A stretch of 64,000 bases of DNA from Nitrospirota bacterium (GTDB lineage: Bacteria; Nitrospirota; UBA9217): the NCBI GenBank assembly GCA_963818475.1, contig CAWFSF010000005.1:448001-512000 (forward strand). Direction: 5' to 3'. The translations under genes were made by a program, and so were the position numbers. The notes under the pieces are model-generated. The model saw only the letters and a program-made list of their open reading frames with translations. It was not told the origin of the DNA and made no database searches. Shown here in pieces: positions 1-9,839 of this stretch; position 1 is the first letter of the stretch; each line of letters opens with the position of its first letter.

Positions 1-1383
1 ACCGTCGGGCGGCAGTTCCGACTCGATCCGGTCGATATCCTGCCTGATGCTGTAGGTATCCAATGCGTATTGCGCCACGGCCCGGGCGGCCTTCTCAAGC
101 TCAAGGACCTCCAGTTGCTGACCCTGGTACTCCTCGATGAGCGCATTGGGCGTCATGCTGCCGTAAATACGCTTCTGCTGCTCCGCGATATCGTTATGGA
201 GTGAGAGAAAATGCCGGTAATTGTCGGCCTTTTCCTTAAGCTCTTCCGTTGTATTCGATCCCGTCGCCTTCATGCAGGCCATAATGTCCGCCCCGCCCTG
301 TTCAAAGCTCTTTTCCAGGGCGATCCGGTCGGCCTCAAGTGCGTCGATCTCCTTCTGCACCACCGTGCGCTGCGCGCCCCTGCGCGAGCCGTTATACCAT
401 GCGCCGACAATAAGGACAGCGGCCATGAGGATCCCGAGCGGGAAGAAATAGTCCTGTTCCTCTGTAAGCACCGTCAGGGCGGCGATGAACGACAAAGCTG
501 CCACCGCGGCTCCGGCGATGAACAGCTTGTCGGAAAGGATGTTCGCCGCCGGCACGCTGTCAAGCTGCGCCGTGAGCTCCGTGATCTGTTCATGCAGGTC
601 GTCGGCGTCTGCCATCTTTTTGCTCTGCTGCTCCACATGGGCGTCGATCAGCTCGGCCAGGTTCGGCGGCAGCGCGGCACAGCCCTTCAGCTCTTCAAGG
701 CGCGCTTCCATTTCCGTGCGGCGGTGGTCGATCTCGTCCAGGGACTCCAGCTTCTTGTGCAGCTCGTCCAGTTTGAGCTTGCCAGACTGGAGGCGATACT
801 CGGCGTCGGCCGCCTCCTCTGCCTTGCGAAGCGCTTCGCGAAGCTCGGCAAGCCTTGCTTCGCCGGCCGCTGCCTTGCCGGTCTGTCGGGCAGGCTGGTT
901 CCGGGGCAACGGAGAAGCCGCAGGGGCTGCAACAGGGGATGCAGAACGGACCACGCGCTGGTCACGGCGGAGAATGAAGATTCGGGCATATTCCTCTTCC
1001 GTGATGCCGGCGGTCAATCCGGCCATGAAGGGCACGGCGCTTTCCCAGGTCTTGTACAGGAGGCTGAATTCTTTGGTGGCAGGATTATATTTCGAAAGGT
1101 TCACTGCGCGCTTTGAGAAATCCTGGATCAGCCGGTAATAGCCGCCATCGTCGCCATAGACGACCACCGCGCCGCGGGAGGCGTCGGGCACTTGTCGCGA
1201 AATGAGCGGGGCCATGCGTGAAGGCTGGTCCACGGGAAAGAGCAGCCGCTGCACACTATCCACAGCCGCGGTTTTGCCTGCTTCGTTTCCTGCGGCAATG
1301 AGATTAAAACCGCTTTGGAACCTGAGGCGGGCCAGCTCTCGAAAGCCCCGGATCCCCTGCATCACAAGCTCCACCAGGAACAT
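1..1383 (-). CDS. SMC/SbcC/YhaN-like AAA ATPase with long coiled coils and two transmembrane helices; 3' end runs off the window
   Basis: Read by hand on the minus strand from ATG at 1383 (absent from the ORF track because it has no stop): MFLVELVMQGIRGF...GFNLIAAGNEAGKT (SMC-type N-terminus and Walker A), heptad-rich coils, hydrophobic segments LFIAGAAVAALSFIAALTVL and FFPLGILMAAVLIVGAWY. Confidence 0.75.
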   Translation of the reverse strand, partial: MFLVELVMQGIRGFRELARLRFQSGFNLIAAGNEAGKTAAVDSVQRLLFPVDQPSRMAPLISRQVPDASRGAVVVYGDDGGYYRLIQDFSKRAVNLSKYNPATKEFSLLYKTWESAVPFMAGLTAGITEEEYARIFILRRDQRVVRSASPVAAPAASPLPRNQPARQTGKAAAGEARLAELREALRKAEEAADAEYRLQSGKLKLDELHKKLESLDEIDHRRTEMEARLEELKGCAALPPNLAELIDAHVEQQSKKMADADDLHEQITELTAQLDSVPAANILSDKLFIAGAAVAALSFIAALTVLTEEQDYFFPLGILMAAVLIVGAWYNGSRRGAQRTVVQKEIDALEADRIALEKSFEQGGADIMACMKATGSNTTEELKEKADNYRHFLSLHNDIAEQQKRIYGSMTPNALIEEYQGQQLEVLELEKAARAVAQYALDTYSIRQDIDRIESELPPDG

Positions 1384-1457
1384 AGCGAAGGCTCCTTTCA
1401 CCGAATTCCGGTTACTATAGCGCAAGTTGGAGAAAGTTGCAACAGGGAAAACTCGCC

Positions 1458-2982
1458 CTAGAGCCGCTCAATGGCCCTTTTCAGGGCTTCCGCCTTCTCG
1501 AGCGTTTCCTCGTACTCCCGCTGCGGCACGGAGTCGGCAACGATCCCGGCCCCGACCTGAACGTGGGCCTGCTGGTCCTTGACCACGAAGGTCCGGATGA
1601 TGATGTTCAGGTCCAGGTCGCCGGTGTTCGCCAGATACCCGATGGACCCGGTATAGGGGCCGCGTGCCACCGGCTCCAGCTCGTCAATGATCTCCATGCA
1701 GCGCACCTTCGGCACCCCGGTGATCGTGCCGCCCGGGAACACGGCGCGGATGAGGTCGCATGCGTCCTTTCCCGGGGAGAGCGTGCCGCGCACATTCGAA
1801 ACAATATGGATCACGTGCGAATAATCCTCAACCACCATCAGCTCGTCGACCACGACCGTGCCGTAGTCGCAGACCCGGCCGAGGTCGCTCCGCTCAAGGT
1901 CAAGCAGCATGATGTGCTCCGCGCGCTCCTTCTCGTTCGTCAGGAGCTCCGCGGACAACCCCCGGGTCTCTCTGCTGTCGCCGCCCCGGCGGCGCGTACC
2001 CGCGATAGGCCGCGTGTCCGCCACGCCCTTCACCAGCCTGACGAGCCGCTCCGGCGATGAACTGACGAGCTGCAACCCCTCGAAATCCAGAAAAGCGGCA
2101 AAGGGAGAAGGATTTATCTCACGCAGGATCCGATAGAGATGCAGGGGGTCCACAGCGCCGATGGCCGCTGTGAACCGCTGTGAAAGATTTGCCTGGTAGA
2201 TGTCGCCTGCCGCGATATATTCCTTGCAGCGCAGGACCATCGATTCGAAGATCTCTCGCTGCATGTTCGGCTCAAGACGCACCTGGCCGCTGTTTTCTCC
2301 CGTCGAGGCGGGCGGACCCGGCATTGCGCTTGGCACGAAGCCTCTCCTCCGTGGCCGAAAGGCGGGCCACGGCCTCATCATAGAGCCGCTCCCACTGGTC
2401 CGGATCAGGCCTGCGGAACCCCATTTCCTGCTCACGCGCGCCGGGATTCACGATGATCCAGGCCCGGTTCAGGAGGTGGTCGAAGGCTACGACCAGATCG
2501 ACGAACACAAAATAGGCCTCGGGAATATCGAGGTCGCGTTTCGCGTTCTGCGGAACTGCCTCGAATTGACGAACAAAGTCGTAGGAGAAGAATCCGACGG
2601 CCCCGCCGGTAAAGGGCGGCAGTCCCTCGATGCGTTCGGTGCGGTAATTGGACAAAAGCTCCCGGAGCTTCAGGAGTGGTTTTTTATTTACCGTTGCACG
2701 ACGCCCATACTTGCCCGCAGGTGTTGCCGGCAGGCACAGTTCCACATTTTCTCCCTGCGACCGGAAGATGAGGTAGGGATCTGACGTGACAAAGGAATAC
2801 CTGCCCGTCCGCTCGGTGACCCGGGCGCTTTCGAGCAGCACGGCATGGCCGCCTGACCGAAGCGCTTCGAGCGCTGCCATTGGGGTGAGCGCGGGCTGGT
2901 CAAGAACGGCATGAAGCGGCAGTATGCGGCCGCTTCGGGCCGCGTCGAGGAATTCCTGTTTTGCTGGCGATATCGTATCCAT
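1458..2982 (-). CDS. pabB: Chorismate-utilising component I (aminodeoxychorismate synthase PabB / anthranilate synthase TrpE family); one frameshift near 2300-2430
   Basis: ORF 2272..2982 has LLESA..GRYSF and PPFTGGAVGFFSYD. ORF 1458..2435 has GDIYQANLSQ, SSSPE, KERAEHIMLLDLERSD, PGGTITGVPK and GAGIVADS. NPSPFAAF resembles PabB more than TrpE. Confidence 0.8.
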
Positions 2983-3046
2983 AAGAAATTATCCGTCCGA
3001 TATTAAAGTCTCCGGGACGGACGGTCAAGACAATTTTAAAAAATTA

Positions 3047-3074
3047 TTGCAACCTTGACATTTTGTGCTATACT
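3047..3074 (+). promoter_or_regulatory. sigma70-type promoter with extended -10
   Basis: TTGCAA (3047-3052), 16-nt spacer, TG-c-TATACT (3066-3074). Confidence 0.6.
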
Positions 3075-3120
3075 GAAATTAAAGAATAAGTGATCTTTGA
3101 AAAGAGTAAAAGTACAAAAC

Positions 3121-3428
3121 GGCGTTGCCGGACCAGCACCGTTCGGTGTATGCTTTTTAACACCGCTTATTAGGACCACGGTCGGTTGTTCTGATATGCC
3201 GAGATTGGAAAGTGGGCTGCAAGTTGAGTGGCCAGGCTCCCAACCTACAGGGTTCAGGATGACAGGAATTACCGAAGGCCCTCCGCCGGCTGCGAACACG
3301 GGAGAAAGGATCAATAAATGTACTACACCGGGTCTGCGCTAGCAGAGCCAAAGAAGCACAGTATTGAATTCCCGTAAGTATCAGCTGGCCTCGCGGAATG
3401 TTAAAATCCTTGGCCCGTAAGCAACGCC
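3121..3428 (+). ncRNA. Candidate large structured non-coding RNA, family unknown
   Basis: Ordered, nested complementary segments between the 5' and 3' ends plus internal hairpins; promoter upstream, terminator downstream; no protein-like ORF (see findings). Confidence 0.65.
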
Positions 3429-3446
3429 TTTTTTATGTATTTCCCT

Positions 3447-3477
3447 GCCGACCATGTAACTCATGGCCGGCTTTTTT
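3447..3477 (+). terminator. Intrinsic terminator
   Basis: GCCGACCATG-taact-CATGGCCGGC followed by TTTTTT. Confidence 0.75.
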
Positions 3478-3504
3478 ATGGTATTAATTCAAGTCAAAAT
3501 ATCG

Positions 3505-3590
3505 TCCGCAGATTACGCAGATTACGCAGATTTTAAAGACATGATTTAAGCTGCTTTGCCTTAATCTGTGAAATCTGCGTCATCTGCGGA
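3505..3590. repeat. Intergenic palindrome of tandem 9-mers
   Basis: (CGCAGATTA)x3 arm and inverted AATCTGTG-AAATCTGCG-TCATCTGCGGA arm. Confidence 0.85.
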
Positions 3591-3664
3591 TAAAAGATTT
3601 TGCTCTGATGTTTATCCTTCCTTATCAGACGTTCACGCTCTTATTGATCAATCCAAATGGTCTT

Positions 3665-5134
3665 CTATGCCTTTAGCATCTCCGGATTGGTGTGTGGAAT
3701 GAACACCGCGCCCAGATATTCCTTCATAAACTCCGGGTCGTCATCCATGGGTTTGTACGTGATCTTTTCCGCAAGGGCATTCACCGTCCGCACCAGCTCT
3801 CCCTCCGTGAGCAGCAGGCGCGCTCCGGCAAGCGATGAATTCCCGAGCGGCTTGACGATCTCAGGAGGCCAGGTCGGCAGCATGCCGATGCCCACAGCCT
3901 TTTCCGCATTAATGCCCGTGCCGAGCGCACCGGCGACATAGACCTTATCGATATCGCCGAAAGAGATGCCGACCGAACGGGTGAGCACCAGAAGCAGCGT
4001 GAACATGGCTGCTTTGGATTTCATGAAGCTCTGGATCTCGTTCTGCGTGATGTACAGTGAGTCCTGGCAATCGCAGGCAATGGCGAAGGCCGGCTCTCCC
4101 TCCCGGGTCGTCACGTGCCTGCCGGGCTGCAGCACCCCGCTTTTATCGATCACTCCCGCCTGGTACAGTTCATAGAGCAGGCTCACCATGCCTGAGCCGC
4201 AGATCCCTTCGGCCGGCCCCTGGTCAAAGGTCTTGCAGGAGATGTTGGGGCCGTCTATCGTCACATCATACACGATCCCCTTCCTCGCCCGCTTCCCGAT
4301 CCTGCTGATCCCTTCTTCGAGCGCAGGGCCGGCCGCGCCGGCGCCCACGATCATCCAGTCCCGGTTCCCGATCACCACCTCTGCATTGGTGCCCACATCG
4401 ATCAGGATCGAGATCTGTTCGGAGCTGAACATGCCCGACGAAAGGATGCCTGCGGTTATGTCGCCGCCGACATAGCTTCCCGCGTTCGGGAACGCGTAGA
4501 CGAGGGCTTCGGGATTCAGATGAAGATGCAGTTCCCTGGCGCTGAAGAACCCCGGCGTTCTCACCACCGGCACATAGGGATCAACGGGGATCGTGCGGAT
4601 ATCCAGGCCGAGGAAGAAATGGGTCATAACGGTGTTGCCTGCCACCGTCATGGCATGGATATCGTTCCGATCGATGCCTGCTTCATTACAGAGGGTCGCT
4701 ATCAGTTCGTTGATGCCCCGGATCAGGACGCCGTAAACGTCCGCAGCGCGTGCGGACATGGCGTTGTGCAGGCGGGTCATGATATCGCTGCCATACGCGA
4801 CCTGCGGATTTTCCAGGCTTCTCGTCAGCACATCCTGTTGGCAGTCATTATCGTAGAGCAAAGCCACGAGGTTCGTGGTCCCCAGGTCAAGCGCCAGGGA
4901 ATAGGATCGTTCGGCCCCGATGTCAATAAGCCGGTATCCCGATCCGGCCCGTCCTACGATGCACGTGAACGCCTGCCCGGCATTCACGAGTGCCGGAAGT
5001 TTTTTCAGGACCGCAAGCGGGATCGCGAGGGGTCCAAGCCCGAGGGTATCCTCTATCCGCTGATCATGCGCCCGGCGGTCATCGCTCGTGGGGGGCGGCA
5101 AAAGGACAGTTCTTTTTTCTATGAGTGCGGTCAC
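3665..5134 (-). CDS. ASKHA-family ATP-dependent reductive activator of corrinoid proteins (RACo/DUF4445-like), lacking the N-terminal Fe-S domain
   Basis: LALDLGTT, NPQVAYGSDIMTR, AGNTVMTH, YVGGDI, IDVGTNAE, AAGPALE, GICGSG, GNSSLAGA motifs; GTG start at 5134 after GGAGA. Confidence 0.85.
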   Translation of the reverse strand: MTALIEKRTVLLPPPTSDDRRAHDQRIEDTLGLGPLAIPLAVLKKLPALVNAGQAFTCIVGRAGSGYRLIDIGAERSYSLALDLGTTNLVALLYDNDCQQDVLTRSLENPQVAYGSDIMTRLHNAMSARAADVYGVLIRGINELIATLCNEAGIDRNDIHAMTVAGNTVMTHFFLGLDIRTIPVDPYVPVVRTPGFFSARELHLHLNPEALVYAFPNAGSYVGGDITAGILSSGMFSSEQISILIDVGTNAEVVIGNRDWMIVGAGAAGPALEEGISRIGKRARKGIVYDVTIDGPNISCKTFDQGPAEGICGSGMVSLLYELYQAGVIDKSGVLQPGRHVTTREGEPAFAIACDCQDSLYITQNEIQSFMKSKAAMFTLLLVLTRSVGISFGDIDKVYVAGALGTGINAEKAVGIGMLPTWPPEIVKPLGNSSLAGARLLLTEGELVRTVNALAEKITYKPMDDDPEFMKEYLGAVFIPHTNPEMLKA

Positions 5135-5206
5135 GGGATCTCCCTGCAAGGTCGTTTCATGCAGTAACGAAAGTGTAAAGTTCCACTCGAACCGGAAAGC
5201 ATATGT

Positions 5207-5330
5207 CACGCGGAGGCGCAGAGATCGCGGAGAACTTCAATGGCTATGAGTATGGTTTAAAAAACCACAGGCATTGCCGCGTGAGACGCCTTTTGTTATT
5301 CGCTTTTGGTTCCGGCTTGTCCGGGTCAGG
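5207..5330. repeat. 9-mer palindromic element ending in GGTTCCGGCTTGTCCGGGTCAGG
   Basis: TCACGCGGAGGCGCAGAGATCGCGGAG ... CCGCGTGAG; the terminal 20-mer recurs at 56831-56850 with one mismatch. Confidence 0.7.
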
Positions 5331-5493
5331 AAATAATGAATACCACAACCCGAAGAATACTGTCAATGGAATGTTTTTTAGCCGGAAGAACGCGATCAAC
5401 AGTGCCGGCAATGGACGCCTGGAAATAGTGGCGTTCCTGATGGTTTTATGGTATATTCATAGCCGTCGTGATCACTGAGGAGGGGCGGGATCC

Positions 5494-5883
5494 GTGGCGC
5501 GGACAAAAACACCAACTATATTGCTCGTGGACGATGAGCAGGAGGTCCGCAGCGTCATTGCCGAAATGCTGCGTGAAATGAATTGTCGCGTTCTGGAAGC
5601 GGCAAGCGGCCACGAAGCGCTGGCGGCAAGCGACGCTCACCCCGGGGATATCGACCTGCTGCTCACTGACCTGATCATGCCGGGCATGACAGGCCGCATG
5701 CTGGCGGATATGCTCAGACCGCGCCGGCCGGGCATCGTCGTGGTTTTCATCTCCGGTTATGTGGACGATTCCCACAGTTCCCTGACGGAACAGGGGCTTT
5801 ATTACATTAAAAAACCCATCACCGCAGAAGCACTTCTGGAAAAAATCTCCGAAGCATTGTCAGGCACCACGAAAGATCGCTGA
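5494..5883 (+). CDS. Single-domain response regulator receiver
   Basis: ILLVDDE, DLLLTDLIMPGMTG, FISGY, KKP motifs; GGAGG RBS. Confidence 0.9.
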   Translation: MARTKTPTILLVDDEQEVRSVIAEMLREMNCRVLEAASGHEALAASDAHPGDIDLLLTDLIMPGMTGRMLADMLRPRRPGIVVVFISGYVDDSHSSLTEQGLYYIKKPITAEALLEKISEALSGTTKDR

Positions 5884-6009
5884 CACGCTTCCCTCAAGCC
5901 TCACCTGCTGCACGGAGTGCAGTTCATCCCCTTCACCAAGAGCCCCTGGCAATACCTGCCCGGGAAAATGCAGTGCACCCTCATCGTTTCGGTTATGATA
6001 GGAGACTCC

Positions 6010-9000
6010 TTGAATATCGCGAAATTGATACCCCCCTCATCGTCGCGCGCTCTCGAACGGGACCGGCTTCTCAGCAAACTGCAGGAATGGGATGAAAAAA
6101 AGCTGATCATCATCCACGGACAGGCAGGCCAGGGCAAGAGCACGCTCGTCGCAACCCACCTTCATTCGCTCGCAACACCGGCTGCGTGGTATACCCTGGA
6201 CCAGGATGATGCCGACCCTGCTGTTTTTCTCGCCGGCCTCGCACAGGCGCTCAAGCGCATCTGGCCGGACCAGACGTTCCCTCCTCCTCCTATCCCGCAG
6301 AATGGTCCCAGCGCGTTCCGTGAAACAGCGGCTCTGCACCGCTGGACCAGTCAGACCTTCAGCAGCCTTCATCAACCGGGCCTTCTTGTGCTGGATGATT
6401 ACCATGCCATAGCCTCGCCAATGGAGTTCGACCTCGTCCTGCGGACGCTGATCGACGCAACGCCTCCGCTGGTCCGGTTCATCATCATCTCCCGGACGCA
6501 GCCGTCGCTGGAGGTCGCCCGCCTCCGCGCGCGGCGCACGCTCGGCGTGCTTACGGGACAAGACCTCGCCTTCGATGACGGGGAAGCGCACGATCTCTTC
6601 CGCGACGTCTTCGGGATGCCGCTGGACCGGACGGAGAGTACTCGCATCAACCGCAGGGCCGAGGGTTGGCCTGCCGGGCTGGTGCTCACGCACGAATATC
6701 TCGCCCAGTCATCGTCGCAAAACAGCAGCGGTATCTTCGGAGCCAACCATGCTGACAAATTGCAGCCTCCGGTCTTTGAATATCTTGCGCAGGAGGTTTT
6801 TTCTCTGCTGGGTCCGGGCCTGCAGGATTTTCTTCTGCGAACCTCGGTCACGAACTGCCTGCCCCTCCGTCTCATCCAGCAACTGACCGGCCTGCCCTTG
6901 ACCGCGGCTGCGGACAAGCGCTCGGTCACGTCCATGGTGCAGGAGCTGCAGAACAGAAATCTTTTTATTTCCGTGACCGACGACGGGGCCGTGGTCCGCT
7001 ACCATGCCCTTTTTCACGAGTTTCTTCTGAAAAAACTGCAGGGATCGGCCAAACCAGCTGTCGTGCGAACGCTCTTCGCGACGGCGATCCAATACTTCGA
7101 GCAGGCCGACGATCCGGTTCGCGCCATAGACCTTTCCCTTGCAGCAGGCCAGGTCAAACAAGCGGTCCTTCAGATCGAGGCCTGCGGCCGGGACCTGCTT
7201 GCGCGTGGGCAGATCCAGACACTGCTCCGGTGGATAGGTGTTTTGCCTGTTGATCAGCAGGACCGGCCGTGGTTCCTGTTCTTTCGCGCAAATGCCCTGC
7301 GCTTCAGCGCTCCCGGCGAGGCGCTTCTGCTGCTGGACCGCGCTTTGGCCAGGTTCCGCAAGGAGCAGAAAACATCCAGCCGTTCCACGGGAGAAATGGC
7401 CTGCCTCTGCGGGATCATCGAGGCATGCTTCCATTCGGGCGGAGATTTCCACCGCATGGGGCGCGCGGCGTTGCTGGCGCAGGCGCTCCTGAGGCGCACC
7501 AGCCGCGTGTCGACCGCAGCGCGCGCCCGGCTGCTGCTCGCCGTGGGCACGGCATGGTTCTTCATCGGCAAGCTCGAAGAGGCCACGGAATCCCTGACGC
7601 AGGCACATGACCTTTTCTCCCGGCAGAACGACCCGATGTCCTGTATTACGAGCGTTCTCTACCTTGCTCCGAGCGCGCTCTACCAGGGTGATTTTCGCAA
7701 GGCCCGGACGGCGCTGCGCAAAGGCTTCGAAGCCCGCGCTGCCGTCCCCGATGACAAGGGAAGCCATGCCGCACTTTTGCTGATCCAGGCCATGACCGAT
7801 CTGTTCGAGGGAAAATTTGCCGAGGCGCAGGAAACGCTTGGGCAATGCACGGCGCTCGTCGATGCCCATGCGCTCGTGTCGATCGGTTCCCTGGCGCTCG
7901 TCATCGGCGGGTGGCTCAAGATCGCACAGGGCGACCACCGCGGAGCGGAACTGCTTCTTGAGGAGTGTAAACGCCGGGGCGAGGAGTCGCAGGATGCCTT
8001 TTTTTCCGCGTCCGCAGCCCATCTGCTCGCCATCTCCCATATGTTCCAGCGCAGGCTCGTACCGGCGAAGACCCAGTCGGATTACGCGCTGTCCATACGG
8101 ACCCAATCGGGAAGCAAGCTGTTCCATGCCATCTACCTCATCACCAGCGGCGCCATCCTCATGAAGCTCGGCAAACACGTGCGCGCGGAAAAGGAACTGC
8201 TTGGTGCACTCAGGATGCTTCAGCAGGTCAAGGCAGCGCAGCAGGAAGCAAATGCCCACCTGGTGCTGGCCCAGCTGTATGGAAAGATAAAAAAGAAAAC
8301 CCTCGTGCAGAAGCATTTGCGGGCAGGTTTTTCCATCGGCCAGGACCGGGGCTTCACCTACTACGCCCTGTTCAATGCGGGAGAACTGTCACAACTCGCG
8401 CAGCAGGCCATCGCGCAGGGCATCTGCATTGATCACTGCACCGACCTGCTCAGCCTGCGTTCTGGAGAGCCACAAGCTCCGCGTCTTCAGGTCTACTGCC
8501 TGGGCGATTTCCGGGTGGAGCGGGACCAGGCGGTCCTCAGCGATGCAGCATGGAAAAGCAAGCTGGCCAAGACCCTGCTCAAGATGCTCCTGGCCCGGGA
8601 CGACCACAAGCTGCTGCACGACCAGGTCATGGACACGCTCTGGCCGGACATTGGTCCGGAAAAGCAGCGGGCGGCATACAGCGTCATGCTCCACCGCATG
8701 CGGAAGGCGCTCGAACCTGGGGCCGGTCCGGAACCGGGAAAGGACGTCTTCTGCATTCAGCATGACCAGGACGTGCTTGCACTCAACAGCGCACGGGTCT
8801 GGACCGATGTGAGCGAGTTTCGAAAACGATTCGGACAGGCCACGCGGTTAAAGCGGACCAAGCGATGCCGCCAAAGCGCTTGAAGCATACGAAAGCACGC
8901 TGGCGATCTACCAGGGGGATTTTCTGCCCGACGATGCCTACAACGACTGGGCCGTCGATGCACGCGAGCGGCTGCGCTCTCATTACCACAAAGCGCTTGA

Positions 9001-9250
9001 GGATGCCGGCGAGATCGCCGAACTTCTGGACGACCGGAGCAAGGCGGCTCACTTTTACGACCTGCGGTTCTCAAGCGACCCGTGCAATGAAAGGTCCTGC
9101 CGCTGGCTCATGGCGTGGCACATCGCCAACGGGCACCGGAGCGAGGCCGTGCGCATTTACGAGCGCTGCGAGCGGGCGCTCAGCCGCGATTTGGACACGG
9201 AGCCGGAGGAGCAGACGAGAAAGGTTTACCGGAGGATCATCGGGGGGTGA
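6010..9250 (+). CDS. MalT-like STAND NTPase with TPR region and C-terminal SARP-type winged-helix plus BTAD domain; frameshift near 8850-8880
   Basis: Walker A GQAGQGKS, Walker [24 protein letters not shown]; then VYCLGDFRV and DTLWPD; the other frame continues [14 protein letters not shown]...LDTEP to TGA 9248-9250; TTG start after GGAGA. Confidence 0.85.
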
Positions 9251-9312
9251 GACTCATGCCCATCAGAGCTCCAGAGGGATCTTCGCTATTATTAGGCGAG
9301 GCCTTGCATTCT

Positions 9313-9450
9313 TCCCACACCTCCCGCCACTCATTTGCTAAGCATCTCCTGCAGACCAGTCATGATCACCGTACTGTTCAGGAAGTACCCAGTCACTCCG
9401 ATGTTAAAACGACGATGATCTACACTCACTGTGTCCCGGGCAAGACGGTC
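9313..9450 (+). pseudogene. Degenerate C-terminal fragment of an integron-type tyrosine recombinase
   Basis: [14 protein letters not shown]...[23 protein letters not shown] matches the box-II HxxRHSFAxHLL...HSDVxTTMIYTH pattern, with LLGH degraded. Confidence 0.8.
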
Positions 9451-9839
9451 CCGCAGCCTTGGGAAGCAACTGTGGTTTTTCTGCAACAACGCACACAACC
9501 TCTGCTCATTTTTACCACGATCCAGACAGGCCTCCCCTTGTTTAACTAGCTGATTGCAAACGCCTTCGACCCGCAATTGCCGTGGCACGGAGATTGCTAT
9601 TCATCTTGATCAGAAGAAGACCTACCCATGCTCAGACTACAGCCGCCTTGTAAAAGCTCGGTCCATCTCCATGTTAACGCTTGTTCCTGTTTTGAAGCAC
9701 AAGAACCTCAACGAATCTGCCCAGATGCTATCAGAGTAATGCAAAGCGGTGCTATGAAGTTTGCATAAGAAGTACTGTCTCATAGAGTTTTACAAAGAGG
9801 TCGAGACCGACGCGCTGTATGAAAAATAGAAGGAAACTT

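Noticed and set aside
211-1138. Long + strand ORFs (301 and 217 aa), and similar antisense ORFs elsewhere such as 6709..8316, 17509..18489 and 42951..44057
   Set aside because: Shadows of real genes on the opposite strand in GC-rich DNA; no recognisable motifs
3097-3342. 81-aa ORF in the structured intergenic region
   Set aside because: TTG start without a convincing RBS, no protein-like features; base pairing explains the sequence better
3121-3428. Identification as RNase P RNA, tmRNA, SRP RNA or cobalamin riboswitch
   Set aside because: GAGGAAAGUCC, a tRNA-like CCA end, the SRP GGAA-loop helix and the B12 box are not visible on either strand; 6S is not fully excluded
3505-3590. CRISPR array, here and at the other short tandem repeats
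   Set aside because: Units are 7-10 nt, adjacent and inverted, with no 25-40-nt repeats separated by unique spacers; no cas genes
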